Virus record (IMG/VR): IMGVR_UViG_2563366937_000009
From: a virus
Lineage: Duplodnaviria; Heunggongvirae; Uroviricota; Caudoviricetes
DNA: 17,199 nt
Direction: 5' to 3' (one strand)
Part shown: positions 7,761 to 16,047 of the stretch, piece after piece
How positions within the stretch are numbered: the first letter of the stretch is position 1
How the letters are laid out: every line of letters starts with the position of its first letter
Notes under the pieces: model-generated
Told to the model about the DNA's origin: nothing
The model's input: the letters and a program-made list of their open reading frames with translations, nothing else
Database searches by the model: none
Translations under genes and position numbers: made by a program

Positions 7761-8713
7761 TGTATGCCGTTTTAGGAGAGATTGAATTTAAGGTTGTCAC
7801 ATTCTGGGACGGCTTTAAAAGCACAATGGGCGTGGATTACGCCACACATGCCCGTATTGAAGGCAAACCTGGCGTGCAGTTTATTGGCGATAAGCTGGAC
7901 ATGCTGGCGCTGGAATTTTCCCTGCACAGCCAGTTTTGCCAACCCACAACAGAGCTGAATCGACTGCGTGAAGCCATGCTTGCCCACAAAGCAATGGCGC
8001 TGGTGTTTGGCAACGGTGATTATCGCGGCTGGTTTGTAATTACAGAGTTAACCGCCACTCACCAGCACACCGATCCCTGGGGCAATGTCATTGCCCAAAG
8101 CGGAACAATGTCGCTCCAGGAGTATACCGGCGATCCGAAAAACCCACTCCTGCCCCCGGCGATTACCACCCAGGAGCCTAATATTGACGAAAAGGCGAGC
8201 GATTTTCCGGACAAGGTGGAGTCCTGGTTGGATCAGATATTGAACGCCATTGAAGAAGGTATGCGCAAAGCCAAAGAGATGATCGATGAACTGGCGCAAT
8301 CCATTGAAGATATTAAAAAAACAGTGGCAAAGGTTAAAGCACTGATTAAAGAGGCCAAAGCGTTAAAAGAAAAGTGTGAAAAGATAATTACGTCGTTGAA
8401 AAAGACTATCGATGCCATCGAAACCCTGTTTAAACAGCCGATGGATCTGCAAACGCTGGCAGGATTACCAAAAGCGTTGTCGGCGCAGATTAAAGCATTG
8501 CTGGGTAGCCTGCCGGGTATCCGCGACTGCGCCAAAGACGCCGGGACACTGGTTGACCATGCACAAGAACTGTTTGGCAGCATCACCAGCGCCATCGCCG
8601 AAGCAACTTTCGATAAAGCCACAACGTTGGTTGAGCAGGCGCGTACAACGGTACAGCAAACCACTCCCGCAGTGACTCAGCTCGCTGCCGCGACCATTAC
8701 GAGGAGCTGGTAA
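7760..8713 (+). CDS. gpU-like tail protein (Mu DNA-circularisation protein N-terminal-domain type) with a C-terminal coiled-coil extension
   Basis: 317 aa. Start overlaps the tape-measure stop (TGATG). The N-terminal ~150 aa has the P2 gpU / Mu N pattern by eye. Residues ~165-230 are Lys/Glu-rich heptad-like (KAKEMIDELAQSIEDIKKTVAKVKALIKEAKALKEKCEKII). Confidence 0.55.
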   Translation: MYAVLGEIEFKVVTFWDGFKSTMGVDYATHARIEGKPGVQFIGDKLDMLALEFSLHSQFCQPTTELNRLREAMLAHKAMALVFGNGDYRGWFVITELTATHQHTDPWGNVIAQSGTMSLQEYTGDPKNPLLPPAITTQEPNIDEKASDFPDKVESWLDQILNAIEEGMRKAKEMIDELAQSIEDIKKTVAKVKALIKEAKALKEKCEKIITSLKKTIDAIETLFKQPMDLQTLAGLPKALSAQIKALLGSLPGIRDCAKDAGTLVDHAQELFGSITSAIAEATFDKATTLVEQARTTVQQTTPAVTQLAAATITRSW

Positions 8714-8922
8714 TGCGATACCTTGAACATATCACCACCGACGGCGAACGCTGGGATAACCTGGCATGGCATTACTACGGTGATGCACTGGCTTATGAAC
8801 GCATTATCGCCGCCAATCCACATGTCGCCATTTATCCGGTACTGCCTGCCGGTATTCAGCTCATTATTCCGGTCATTACCGTCAACAAGACCGTATCGGA
8901 GATCCCACCATGGCTGAGATAA
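8713..8922 (+). CDS. tail protein X (P2 gpX-like, LysM-like)
   Basis: 69 aa. TAATG overlap with the upstream gene. The conserved position between the gpU-like and gpD-like genes matches the phiCTX/R-pyocin order U-X-D. Confidence 0.65.
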   Translation: MRYLEHITTDGERWDNLAWHYYGDALAYERIIAANPHVAIYPVLPAGIQLIIPVITVNKTVSEIPPWLR

Positions 8923-9950
8923 GCGTAACTGGCGGCGTCTTTGCCACGCTCGCGCCCATTTTTACCCTCTGGTATGGGCATAAAGATATCACTTATGACA
9001 TCACGCCTTATGTCACCAGCATCAGTTACCAGGACAGTATTAAAAACGAGTCGGATACCATCGCGATTACACTGGATGACACCGATGGACGCTGGATAAA
9101 AGAGTGGTATCCCGGCAAAGGCGATACGCTGGCGCTGCACATAGGTTATCAGGGGGAAAAACTGCTCGATTGTGGTCAATATATCATTGATAAAATTGAC
9201 ATTTCAGCACCACCTTCCACGGTAAATATTGATGGCATCGCCACTTCCGTCAATCAGGCGCTGCGCACCCGTAACAGTCAGGGCTTTGAAGAGACAACGC
9301 TTTCAGCCATCGCCAGCCGTATCGCGCAAACTCACGGCCTGACGCTGGTGGGCAAAATCGAGCCGCTGACGATTGACCGGGTGACACAGTACGGCGAAAC
9401 CGATGTCGGATTTCTCAAGCGCCTGGCCAGCGAATATGGCTATGCGGTAAAGGTGACCACCAAAGAACTGATTTTTTCGCATTTACCCACGCTGCGCTGC
9501 CTGGCGCCGGTGAAAAAGATCGACCGCAAAGACGTTTCGCATTTCACCTTCAAAGATACCATTAACCGCATCTACAAAAACGCCACCGTACAGCATCAAA
9601 ATAGTAAGAAAAAAGAACTGGTTATCTACACTCACGACAGCCAGCAAAAGCCGTCTGCCCGTGGAGTCGGCACCAGTGCCGACACGCTGAAACTGAACAG
9701 TCGGGCGCCGGACGTTGGCGCGGCGCAGGCAAAGGCCAACGCCGCGCTCGACAGCCACAACGAATATCAACAAACCGGAACGCTCAGGATGATGGGCTGC
9801 CCGGAACTGACGGCAGGCAATAAAATCGAGCTAACCGATTTTGGTGTACTTTCCGGTCAGTGGCTGATTGATAAATCGACTCACAGTTTTGTGCGCAGCG
9901 GCTATATCACTGAAATCGACATTTCACGCGGGCCAGCAACCAGCCAGTAA
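8910..9950 (+). CDS. late control gene D-type tail/baseplate hub protein (P2 gpD / Mu P-like)
   Basis: 346 aa. Overlaps the X-like gene by 13 nt. Size and position fit the gpD family. Confidence 0.8.
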   Translation: MAEISVTGGVFATLAPIFTLWYGHKDITYDITPYVTSISYQDSIKNESDTIAITLDDTDGRWIKEWYPGKGDTLALHIGYQGEKLLDCGQYIIDKIDISAPPSTVNIDGIATSVNQALRTRNSQGFEETTLSAIASRIAQTHGLTLVGKIEPLTIDRVTQYGETDVGFLKRLASEYGYAVKVTTKELIFSHLPTLRCLAPVKKIDRKDVSHFTFKDTINRIYKNATVQHQNSKKKELVIYTHDSQQKPSARGVGTSADTLKLNSRAPDVGAAQAKANAALDSHNEYQQTGTLRMMGCPELTAGNKIELTDFGVLSGQWLIDKSTHSFVRSGYITEIDISRGPATSQ

Positions 9951-9959
9951 GGAGGCAAT

Positions 9960-10661
9960 ATGAAAGGAGTAACCCGGCAAACGGGGATTATCAGCGATAT
10001 TGACGAAACCAGCGTTCGGGTGCGGGTCACGCTACCAGAGTGTGACAATCTGAAGAGTAACTGGCTTGCGGTGCTGCAGCGCAATTCTCAGGACAATAAG
10101 GATTACTGGCTACCGGATATGGGCGAACAGGTGGAAGTTCTGCTGGATGATAACGGTGAAGATGGCGTGGTGCTGGGCGCAGTATATTCAACGGTAGACA
10201 CTGCGCCAGTAGCATCGCGCGACAAACGCTATGTCCAGTTTTCTGATGGCGCAGCGTTTGAATATGACCGCAGCACCCACCAGCTTACGATTAATGGTGG
10301 CATCGAAAAAATCGTGATTGAGGTTATTGACCGTACCAGCCTGACATCGCCCAACGTTGAGGTTAAAGCCCAACACGTCACCGTGACTTCCGACACTGTT
10401 GATGTGAAAGCCACCGATGTCAGCATTGAAGCCAGTAAGGTCGATGTTAAAGCGGCAGCAGTGACGGTAGATGCGCCCATGAGCACCTTTACCGGCAACG
10501 TCACGGTGATGAAAAAACTCACCTGGCTTGGTGGCATGGCAGGAAGTGGAGGCATCGGCAACGCCGCCACGATAACCGGCAATGTCAACGTGATTGGTAA
10601 CGTTCAGGCCAGCGGCACATTGCAGGACAGCGGTGGCAACTCCAACCACCATTCACACTGA
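9960..10661 (+). CDS. baseplate spike protein (P2 gpV / Mu gp45-like)
   Basis: 233 aa with a strong AGGAGG RBS. N-terminal domain (GIISDIDETSVRVRVTLPECDNLKSNWLAVLQ) followed by a repetitive beta-strand-like C-terminus (VTVTSDTVDVKATDVSIEASKVDVKAAAVTVDA) typical of spike needles. Confidence 0.8.
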   Translation: MKGVTRQTGIISDIDETSVRVRVTLPECDNLKSNWLAVLQRNSQDNKDYWLPDMGEQVEVLLDDNGEDGVVLGAVYSTVDTAPVASRDKRYVQFSDGAAFEYDRSTHQLTINGGIEKIVIEVIDRTSLTSPNVEVKAQHVTVTSDTVDVKATDVSIEASKVDVKAAAVTVDAPMSTFTGNVTVMKKLTWLGGMAGSGGIGNAATITGNVNVIGNVQASGTLQDSGGNSNHHSH

Positions 10662-10666
10662 CGTTT

Positions 10667-10696
10667 AACCCGCCTGATGGCGGGTTTTCTCTTTTT
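10667..10696 (+). terminator. intrinsic terminator-like hairpin inside the tail operon, between the V-like and W-like genes
   Basis: AACCCGCC (10667-10674) pairs with GGCGGGTT (10679-10686) around a TGAT loop, followed by TTCTCTTTTT. Confidence 0.5.
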
Positions 10697-10759
10697 AATC
10701 AATCAGTTTTCTAAATCGCTTTAATATCCCCGCCGCCTGTTCAGGGCGAAAATACCCTC

Positions 10760-11119
10760 ATGAACACGAAAACACGCCCCTCTACGCTGCACTGGCAACC
10801 CGCCTTGCAGCGGCCTGAAGAATACGTCTGCGGACTGGATGATATTCACCAGGCAATACACATCATTCTGCGCACACCGCGCGGCAGTGATCCCCACAGA
10901 CCGCTGTTTGGCAGCAACTTGTGGCACTACATCGATTATCCCATCGAGCGGGCGATCCCGCATGTGGTAAGGGAGTCGGTAGAGGCCATCCGCCAGTGGG
11001 AACCGCGCTGCCGGTTGCTGAAGGTGACACCGGTAATCGACGGGGAACATCTGACGTTACGTGTGCAATGGCGCGCCGCTGACGGCGTAATCAACTCAAC
11101 GGAGGTGTTATGGCGATAG
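10760..11119 (+). CDS. baseplate wedge protein, GPW/gp25 family
   Basis: 119 aa. The pattern (HQAIHIILRTPRGSDPHRPLFGSNLWHYIDYP...EAIRQWEPRCRLLKV) fits the gp25/GPW family. Confidence 0.85.
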   Translation: MNTKTRPSTLHWQPALQRPEEYVCGLDDIHQAIHIILRTPRGSDPHRPLFGSNLWHYIDYPIERAIPHVVRESVEAIRQWEPRCRLLKVTPVIDGEHLTLRVQWRAADGVINSTEVLWR

Positions 11120-12225
11120 CCGAACCCGATTTTATTGACCGCGATCCTGCGCAAATTACCAGCGAGATGATTGCGCAGTACGAAGATGCCAGCGGCAAAA
11201 AGCTCTACCCGGCACAGGCCGAGCGGTTGCTGATTGACCTTTTTGCCTATCGTGAAAACCTTGTACGCATCGCCATTCAGGAAGTGGCGAAACAGAATCT
11301 GGTCGCGTATTCCCGCGCGCCAATGCTGGATTATTTAGGTGAGCTGGTGGGCGTTCACCGCTTACCTGCACAACCGGCAAAAACCACGTTGCAGTTTTCG
11401 GTAGCCAGTAAGAATCGAAATAACATTCTAATTCCACAAGGAACACGTGCCAGCGCCTCTGACAGCGTGATGTTTGCTACCGATGAAGATGTTCTGATTC
11501 CGGCGGGAAGTTTGCATATAGCCGTTCCCGCCACCAGTCTGGCAACAGGCGAAGCGGGCAATGGCTGGCAGCCTGCACAGATTAGCGCCCTTGTTGACAG
11601 GATTGGTTATTACGATATCAGCGTGACCAACCTGACGGCCTCAACCGGCGGCTGCGGTGAAGAGAGCGATGACGCACTACGCCAGCGGATCCAACTGGCG
11701 CCGGAAAGTTTCAGCAATGCGGGCAGCTATGGTGCCTACCGCTTTCATACGCTTTCCGTAAGCCAGTCGATTATTGACGTCGCGGTACTGGGGCCGGACG
11801 AAGGATTGCCAGAAGGCTGCGTGGAGATCTACCCGCTAACGCTGAATGGTCTGCCGGGCGTGGAACTGCTCGCGCAAATTGAACTGGAGGTTAGCAAGGA
11901 GAAAAAACGTCCGCTGACCGACAAAGTAAGTGCGAAATGCGCCGTTAGGGTGCCGTATGAAATCCGTGCGCAGCTCACACTGTTTACCACTGCCGATCAG
12001 GAGACAACGCTGGCTGCGGCGCGTAAAGCGATTAGCCTCTGGACGCAACAGCGGCAGAAACATCTGGGACAGGACATTGTGCCAAACCAGATAATCAAAG
12101 TGTTACAAGTCGATGGTGTCTATGACGTTGCGCTGAATATGCCTACAAAACGTATTTTGCAGGCGCATGAGTGGGCGGAATGCACCGCGATAGACGTCAC
12201 GATTGCCGGAGTCAGCGATGGATAA
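11110..12225 (+). CDS. baseplate J-like protein (P2 gpJ / Mu gp47-like)
   Basis: 371 aa. Overlaps the W-like gene by 10 nt. Size and position fit the Baseplate_J family. Confidence 0.85.
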   Translation: MAIAEPDFIDRDPAQITSEMIAQYEDASGKKLYPAQAERLLIDLFAYRENLVRIAIQEVAKQNLVAYSRAPMLDYLGELVGVHRLPAQPAKTTLQFSVASKNRNNILIPQGTRASASDSVMFATDEDVLIPAGSLHIAVPATSLATGEAGNGWQPAQISALVDRIGYYDISVTNLTASTGGCGEESDDALRQRIQLAPESFSNAGSYGAYRFHTLSVSQSIIDVAVLGPDEGLPEGCVEIYPLTLNGLPGVELLAQIELEVSKEKKRPLTDKVSAKCAVRVPYEIRAQLTLFTTADQETTLAAARKAISLWTQQRQKHLGQDIVPNQIIKVLQVDGVYDVALNMPTKRILQAHEWAECTAIDVTIAGVSDG

Positions 12226-12934
12226 ATTGCTGCCGCCACCGCCGCTTGCCAGCGATGAGCGTTTTTCAACTCTGGCAAATATCGCCACCGAGCGTTTTGC
12301 CCAACTCGATCTGACAGCGTTGATGGTTTATCTGGTAGACCTGGTTGATGCTTCGGCATTACCTGCCCTTGCAGAACAATTTCACGTTCAGGGGCTGGAA
12401 GGTTGGTTATTTACCACTGATGAACGGGAGAAGCGCGAGTTAATTAAGCAAGCCATTGAGCTGCATAAATATAAAGGAACGATTTGGGCGGTACGGCGGG
12501 TGCTGGAAATACTTTCGCTACCAGGAACTATTTCAGAATGGTTTGAATATGGGGGGAAGGCTTATTTTTTTAAGGTTGATATTACACTAGAGGAAAAAGG
12601 ATTAAATGAAGATGAATTTAATGCACTTATCGCATTAATTCACGAATATAAAAATGTTCGTTCAAAACTTGAAAGCATTACCATCTGGCTTATTAACCAA
12701 AGTCAAATGCCAGTTATTGGCAGCGCAATCCAGGGTGGGGAGGTTATTACTGTATTACCCCCTATTGCGGAGAGTATTTGGCAGTCATCGACACTATTTT
12801 TAGCGACAGGTTACTGTGTTGAGGAATACATAAATCTCTTTCCGTATCAACCTGATCGCATTACACAATCCCAACCGATTCATGTCGGCACAGGATACTG
12901 GAGTACCGAAATTATGTCTGTATACCCGGAGTAA
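12203..12934 (+). CDS. tail protein I (P2 gpI / Mu gp48-like)
   Basis: 243 aa. Overlaps the J-like gene by 23 nt. The N-terminal LLPPPPLA motif region and position fit gpI. The C-terminal half is markedly AT-richer than the upstream genes. Confidence 0.7.
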   Translation: MPESAMDKLLPPPPLASDERFSTLANIATERFAQLDLTALMVYLVDLVDASALPALAEQFHVQGLEGWLFTTDEREKRELIKQAIELHKYKGTIWAVRRVLEILSLPGTISEWFEYGGKAYFFKVDITLEEKGLNEDEFNALIALIHEYKNVRSKLESITIWLINQSQMPVIGSAIQGGEVITVLPPIAESIWQSSTLFLATGYCVEEYINLFPYQPDRITQSQPIHVGTGYWSTEIMSVYPE

Positions 12935-12936
12935 GT

Positions 12937-14433
12937 ATGGCAAGTGAATTTTTTACAATATTAACCACCGCAGGCAAATCAAAAATTGCCTCTGCGCTGG
13001 CGGAGCAAAAACAGATCCGCCTACAAACTATGGTGGTCGGCGATGGCAATGGTCATTATGTCGAGCCGACAGAAAGTCAAACCAAAGTTGTGCATGAAGT
13101 CTGGCGTGGGCAACTAAATACCTTAAAAATTGCGCCTGATAATCCAGCCTGGGTTATCGCAGAGACGATTATTCCTGAACAAGTAGGTGGCTGGTACGTC
13201 CGCGAGGTTGGGCTACTGGATGCTGACGGCACACTAGTTGCTATTGGCAAATTTCCGGAAACCTATAAACCGCTATTACCTGCAGGTGCCAGTAAGCAAA
13301 TTGTTATTCGCGCAGTTATGGAAGTGACCAATGCTGACGCGGTGACGCTTTTGATCGACCCTTCAGTCGTTATAGCAACCAGAGAATATGTCGATGAAAC
13401 GCTGAAAGAACATCAACAATCACGGAATCATCCTGATGCGACGCTGACGCAGAAAGGTTTTACGCTGCTGAGTAATGCGACCAATAGCGATGATGAAACC
13501 AAAGCGGCCACGCCAAAAGCGGTAAAAGCGGCATATGACCTGGCAAATAGTAAAGCCGCCACTAGTCATACTCATGCCTGGAATCAGATTAATGGTATCC
13601 CTGACGGTACGCTGACGCAGAAAGGGATCGTTAAACTTAACAACACGACAAATAGCCCCAGTACGGCGGAAGCTGCAACGCCAAGTGCGGTTAAGGCGGT
13701 GTATGACCTGGCAAATAGTAAAGCCGCCACTAGTCATACTCATGCCTGGAATCAGATTACTGGTATCCCTGACGGTACGCTGACGCAGAAAGGGATCGTT
13801 AAACTTAACAACACGACAAATAGCGCCAGTACGACGGAAGCTGCAACGCCAAGTGCGGTTAAGGCGGTGTATGACCTTGCTAATGGCAAGGCTTCGGCAA
13901 GTCATACGCACGCATGGGAGCAGATTACCAACATTCCCGACGCAACTCTTGGTAAGAAAGGAATTGTTCAGCTAAGCAGTATCGTCCCTAGTACCAGTAC
14001 AACAGAAGCAGCAACGCCATACTCAGTTAAGGTTGCCTATGACCTTGCGAACACTAAAGCTCCGGCAAGCCATGCTCATCCATGGAATCAAATTACTGGT
14101 ATCCCGGACGGTACGCTGACGCAAAAAGGGATTGTGAAGCTTAATAACACAACAAACAGCACCAGTACGACAGAGGCAGCGACACCCAGTGCGGTGAAGG
14201 CAGCAATGGACAAAGCAAATACAGCGTTGAATAACACCACTGCATCTATATCAGATGTCAGACTAGGTGCTAAATTTGATCAGGTTATGGCAAAAGGGGG
14301 GCGCTATGAATTCTCTGGTAATGTTCTGACTGGGTTGAGAATTATCGGAGAAGTAGATGGAGATGATCTCGCTATATTTCGCCCACTTCAGATAAAGGTT
14401 AGAAATTCTTGGTATACGGTAGGGCAACTTTAA
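12937..14433 (+). CDS. tail fibre protein with conserved N-terminal baseplate-attachment domain, a tandem-repeat shaft and an AT-rich C-terminal tip
   Basis: 498 aa. The N-terminal ~150 aa resemble the P2 gpH / Mu S N-terminus. Five ~56-aa repeats follow (T-L-T-Q-K-G-I-V-K-L-N-N-T-T-N-S...A-A-T-P-S-A-V-K-A-V-Y-D-L-A-N-S-K-A...S-H-T-H-A-W-N-Q-I-T-G-I-P-D-G). The C-terminus has a divergent composition. Confidence 0.85.
   Translation: MASEFFTILTTAGKSKIASALAEQKQIRLQTMVVGDGNGHYVEPTESQTKVVHEVWRGQLNTLKIAPDNPAWVIAETIIPEQVGGWYVREVGLLDADGTLVAIGKFPETYKPLLPAGASKQIVIRAVMEVTNADAVTLLIDPSVVIATREYVDETLKEHQQSRNHPDATLTQKGFTLLSNATNSDDETKAATPKAVKAAYDLANSKAATSHTHAWNQINGIPDGTLTQKGIVKLNNTTNSPSTAEAATPSAVKAVYDLANSKAATSHTHAWNQITGIPDGTLTQKGIVKLNNTTNSASTTEAATPSAVKAVYDLANGKASASHTHAWEQITNIPDATLGKKGIVQLSSIVPSTSTTEAATPYSVKVAYDLANTKAPASHAHPWNQITGIPDGTLTQKGIVKLNNTTNSTSTTEAATPSAVKAAMDKANTALNNTTASISDVRLGAKFDQVMAKGGRYEFSGNVLTGLRIIGEVDGDDLAIFRPLQIKVRNSWYTVGQL
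13441..14280 (+). repeat. in-frame tandem repeat of 168 bp, about five copies, inside the tail fibre gene
   Basis: Copies start at 13441, 13609, 13777, 13945 and 14113. Copies 2 and 3 are nearly identical at the DNA level; copies 4 and 5 are more diverged. Confidence 0.85.
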
Positions 14434-15086
14434 TGGAATATAAAAATTTTACACTCTATAAACCAACAGAAAGTATTGGTGGTATTTTTTATCTAAAATC
14501 TGCTGACGATGTTGATTGGTACGAGGCACAAAAAAACTTTTCTACCGAAACGTTAAAAATTGCTTATGATAGCACAGGTAGAATTTGCATTGCGGATACT
14601 GATGCCTCAGCGATTTGGCCAATAAATTTATCTATCAGTGAGATCTCATCTGAGAATGTTCCTGATGATTTTTCAACAAATGGGAAATGGCTCTGGAATG
14701 GCGAAAGTATAATCAGCTCTGTAACAATCGTAACCGCTAAAAAAAATAAAGTAGAGGATATCAAAAATCAACGCGACACCATCACAACCGATTACATCAT
14801 CATCAACAACCATCACTTCCACAGTGATACAAATAGCCGTATCCAACAGCTTTCACTCACTAAAATGGGAGCGGAGAAAAAAATCCTTCCAGGTTTAATG
14901 TGGAAAACTAAAAATAACGGTCTGATTGAGTTAACCAACGAAATCGCTGCCCAGTTTGAATCGGTAACAATAGATCACGATATGCGCCTGTTCGCCAACG
15001 CCCAGCGTCATATCGCGGCGGTGGAAGCTCTGGACGATATTCAGGCAGTGCTCGACTACGATTACTCCACAGGCTGGCAACCATGA
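14433..15086 (+). CDS. tail fibre assembly protein (chaperone; P2 gpG / Mu U-like)
   Basis: Start placed at the ATG overlapping the fibre stop (TAATG at 14431-14435); the track ORF starts upstream at 14409. AT-rich variable N-terminal part and a conserved C-terminal tail (RLFANAQRHIAAVEALDDIQAVLDYDYSTGWQP). Confidence 0.75.
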   Translation: MEYKNFTLYKPTESIGGIFYLKSADDVDWYEAQKNFSTETLKIAYDSTGRICIADTDASAIWPINLSISEISSENVPDDFSTNGKWLWNGESIISSVTIVTAKKNKVEDIKNQRDTITTDYIIINNHHFHSDTNSRIQQLSLTKMGAEKKILPGLMWKTKNNGLIELTNEIAAQFESVTIDHDMRLFANAQRHIAAVEALDDIQAVLDYDYSTGWQP

Positions 15087-15538
15087 GTAAAACCACTGTC
15101 TGGCTCGCTTGTTATAAGGGCCGAACAGAGCACCGTGGTATTGCCCGACTGGCTGACTGGCTTACCCGTAAAATCACACGCGGTAGTTATTCCCACTGTG
15201 AATTAGCCGTTAAGCATGGTGAAAAGAGTTACCTTTGTTACTCTGCATCACTGCGCGATCGCGGTGTACGCGGAAAGATAATGCCGTTACCTGCGGATAA
15301 GTGGGATCTATTGCCGCTCCAGGCCAGCCTTCAGGATGTGGAAACTTTTTTCCGTAAACATGATGGCAAACGCTATGACTGGCGCGGAGCCTTAGGAATT
15401 ATCACCGGCAATAAAGAACAGTGCGATCGCCTGTTTTGCAGTGAATTTTGTGCTGAATTTCTGCAATTAAAAGACAGCTGGCGATACTCACCCAATCACC
15501 TGTATGCCTTAGTAAGTAGCTGGCAATCCCATCCGTAA
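15083..15538 (+). CDS. hypothetical 151-aa protein, translationally coupled to the fibre assembly gene; possible permuted papain-fold (NlpC/P60-superfamily, YaeF/YiiX/LRAT-like) enzyme
   Basis: ATGA stop/start overlap with the upstream gene. A His-containing motif (GSYSHCELAV) lies N-terminal to a Cys-Ser-Glu motif (LFCSEFCAEFL), the order seen in permuted papain-fold enzymes. No signal peptide. The family assignment is from pattern memory only. Confidence 0.35.
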   Translation: MSKTTVWLACYKGRTEHRGIARLADWLTRKITRGSYSHCELAVKHGEKSYLCYSASLRDRGVRGKIMPLPADKWDLLPLQASLQDVETFFRKHDGKRYDWRGALGIITGNKEQCDRLFCSEFCAEFLQLKDSWRYSPNHLYALVSSWQSHP

Positions 15539-15543
15539 ATCAC

Positions 15544-15570
15544 ACCGGGCACAATGCCCGGTTCCTTATA
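15544..15570 (+). terminator. putative terminator at the end of the tail operon
   Basis: ACCGGGC (15544-15550) pairs with GCCCGGT (15556-15562) around an ACAAT loop, followed by TCCTTATAT. The T-run is weak. Confidence 0.4.
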
Positions 15571-16047
15571 TACTCTAAATAGCTTATATGGACACCTCCC
15601 CGATGCAAGCACGGTCAGACAGAGAAAATGGTCTCTGCGCCTTACTCCGAAAGGGCTGACCGAAAATGGAGAGCTATTCCGCTTGGCTATTTAGAATTAG
15701 GCTATAACATATTTATAAAAAATATTATTCCAAACAAAACATTCATGTGAAGAATAAAAATAAATTTTTAAAAATAAATATATTGCGTTATAAATCACTT
15801 CAAATATAGTTTGTCCTTTTGGTACCCTCATAGACGATGCGAGGAAACAGCGTGTTTACTGCCTCACTCCTCTGGAAAAGTAAGGTTATCACTAATAAAA
15901 ATGAGTCAGATAACACGTTGCCGCTGGCACGCCACAAAGATAGAGGCTTAAGTAGGATAACATTCACATACTATGCATATACACTGATTCCTCATTTGCT
16001 TATAAAAATTCAATAAAGCAAGGTAACAATAGAAAGGATAGTACGTC

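Noticed and set aside
2255-12934. Type VI secretion system or extracellular contractile injection system (PVC/Afp-like) instead of a phage tail
   Set aside because: The cluster has the phage-type gpU, gpX, gpD, a tail fibre with its assembly chaperone and a lysis cassette. It lacks a split TssB/TssC-type sheath, an AAA+ ATPase and effector or toxin genes.
13420-13911. 163-aa - strand ORF that itself contains an internal repeat
   Set aside because: It is the antisense of the tail fibre tandem repeats; the repetition is inherited from the + strand gene.
13441-14280. Possible CRISPR array suggested by the regular direct repeats
   Set aside because: The repeats are 168 bp, contiguous without spacers, in-frame and coding within the tail fibre gene. 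No cas genes are present.
15539-16047. tRNA gene or att core marking the element boundary
   Set aside because: No cloverleaf-compatible sequence or GGTTCGA-type T-arm motif was seen by eye. A tRNA search was not run, so this is not fully excluded.
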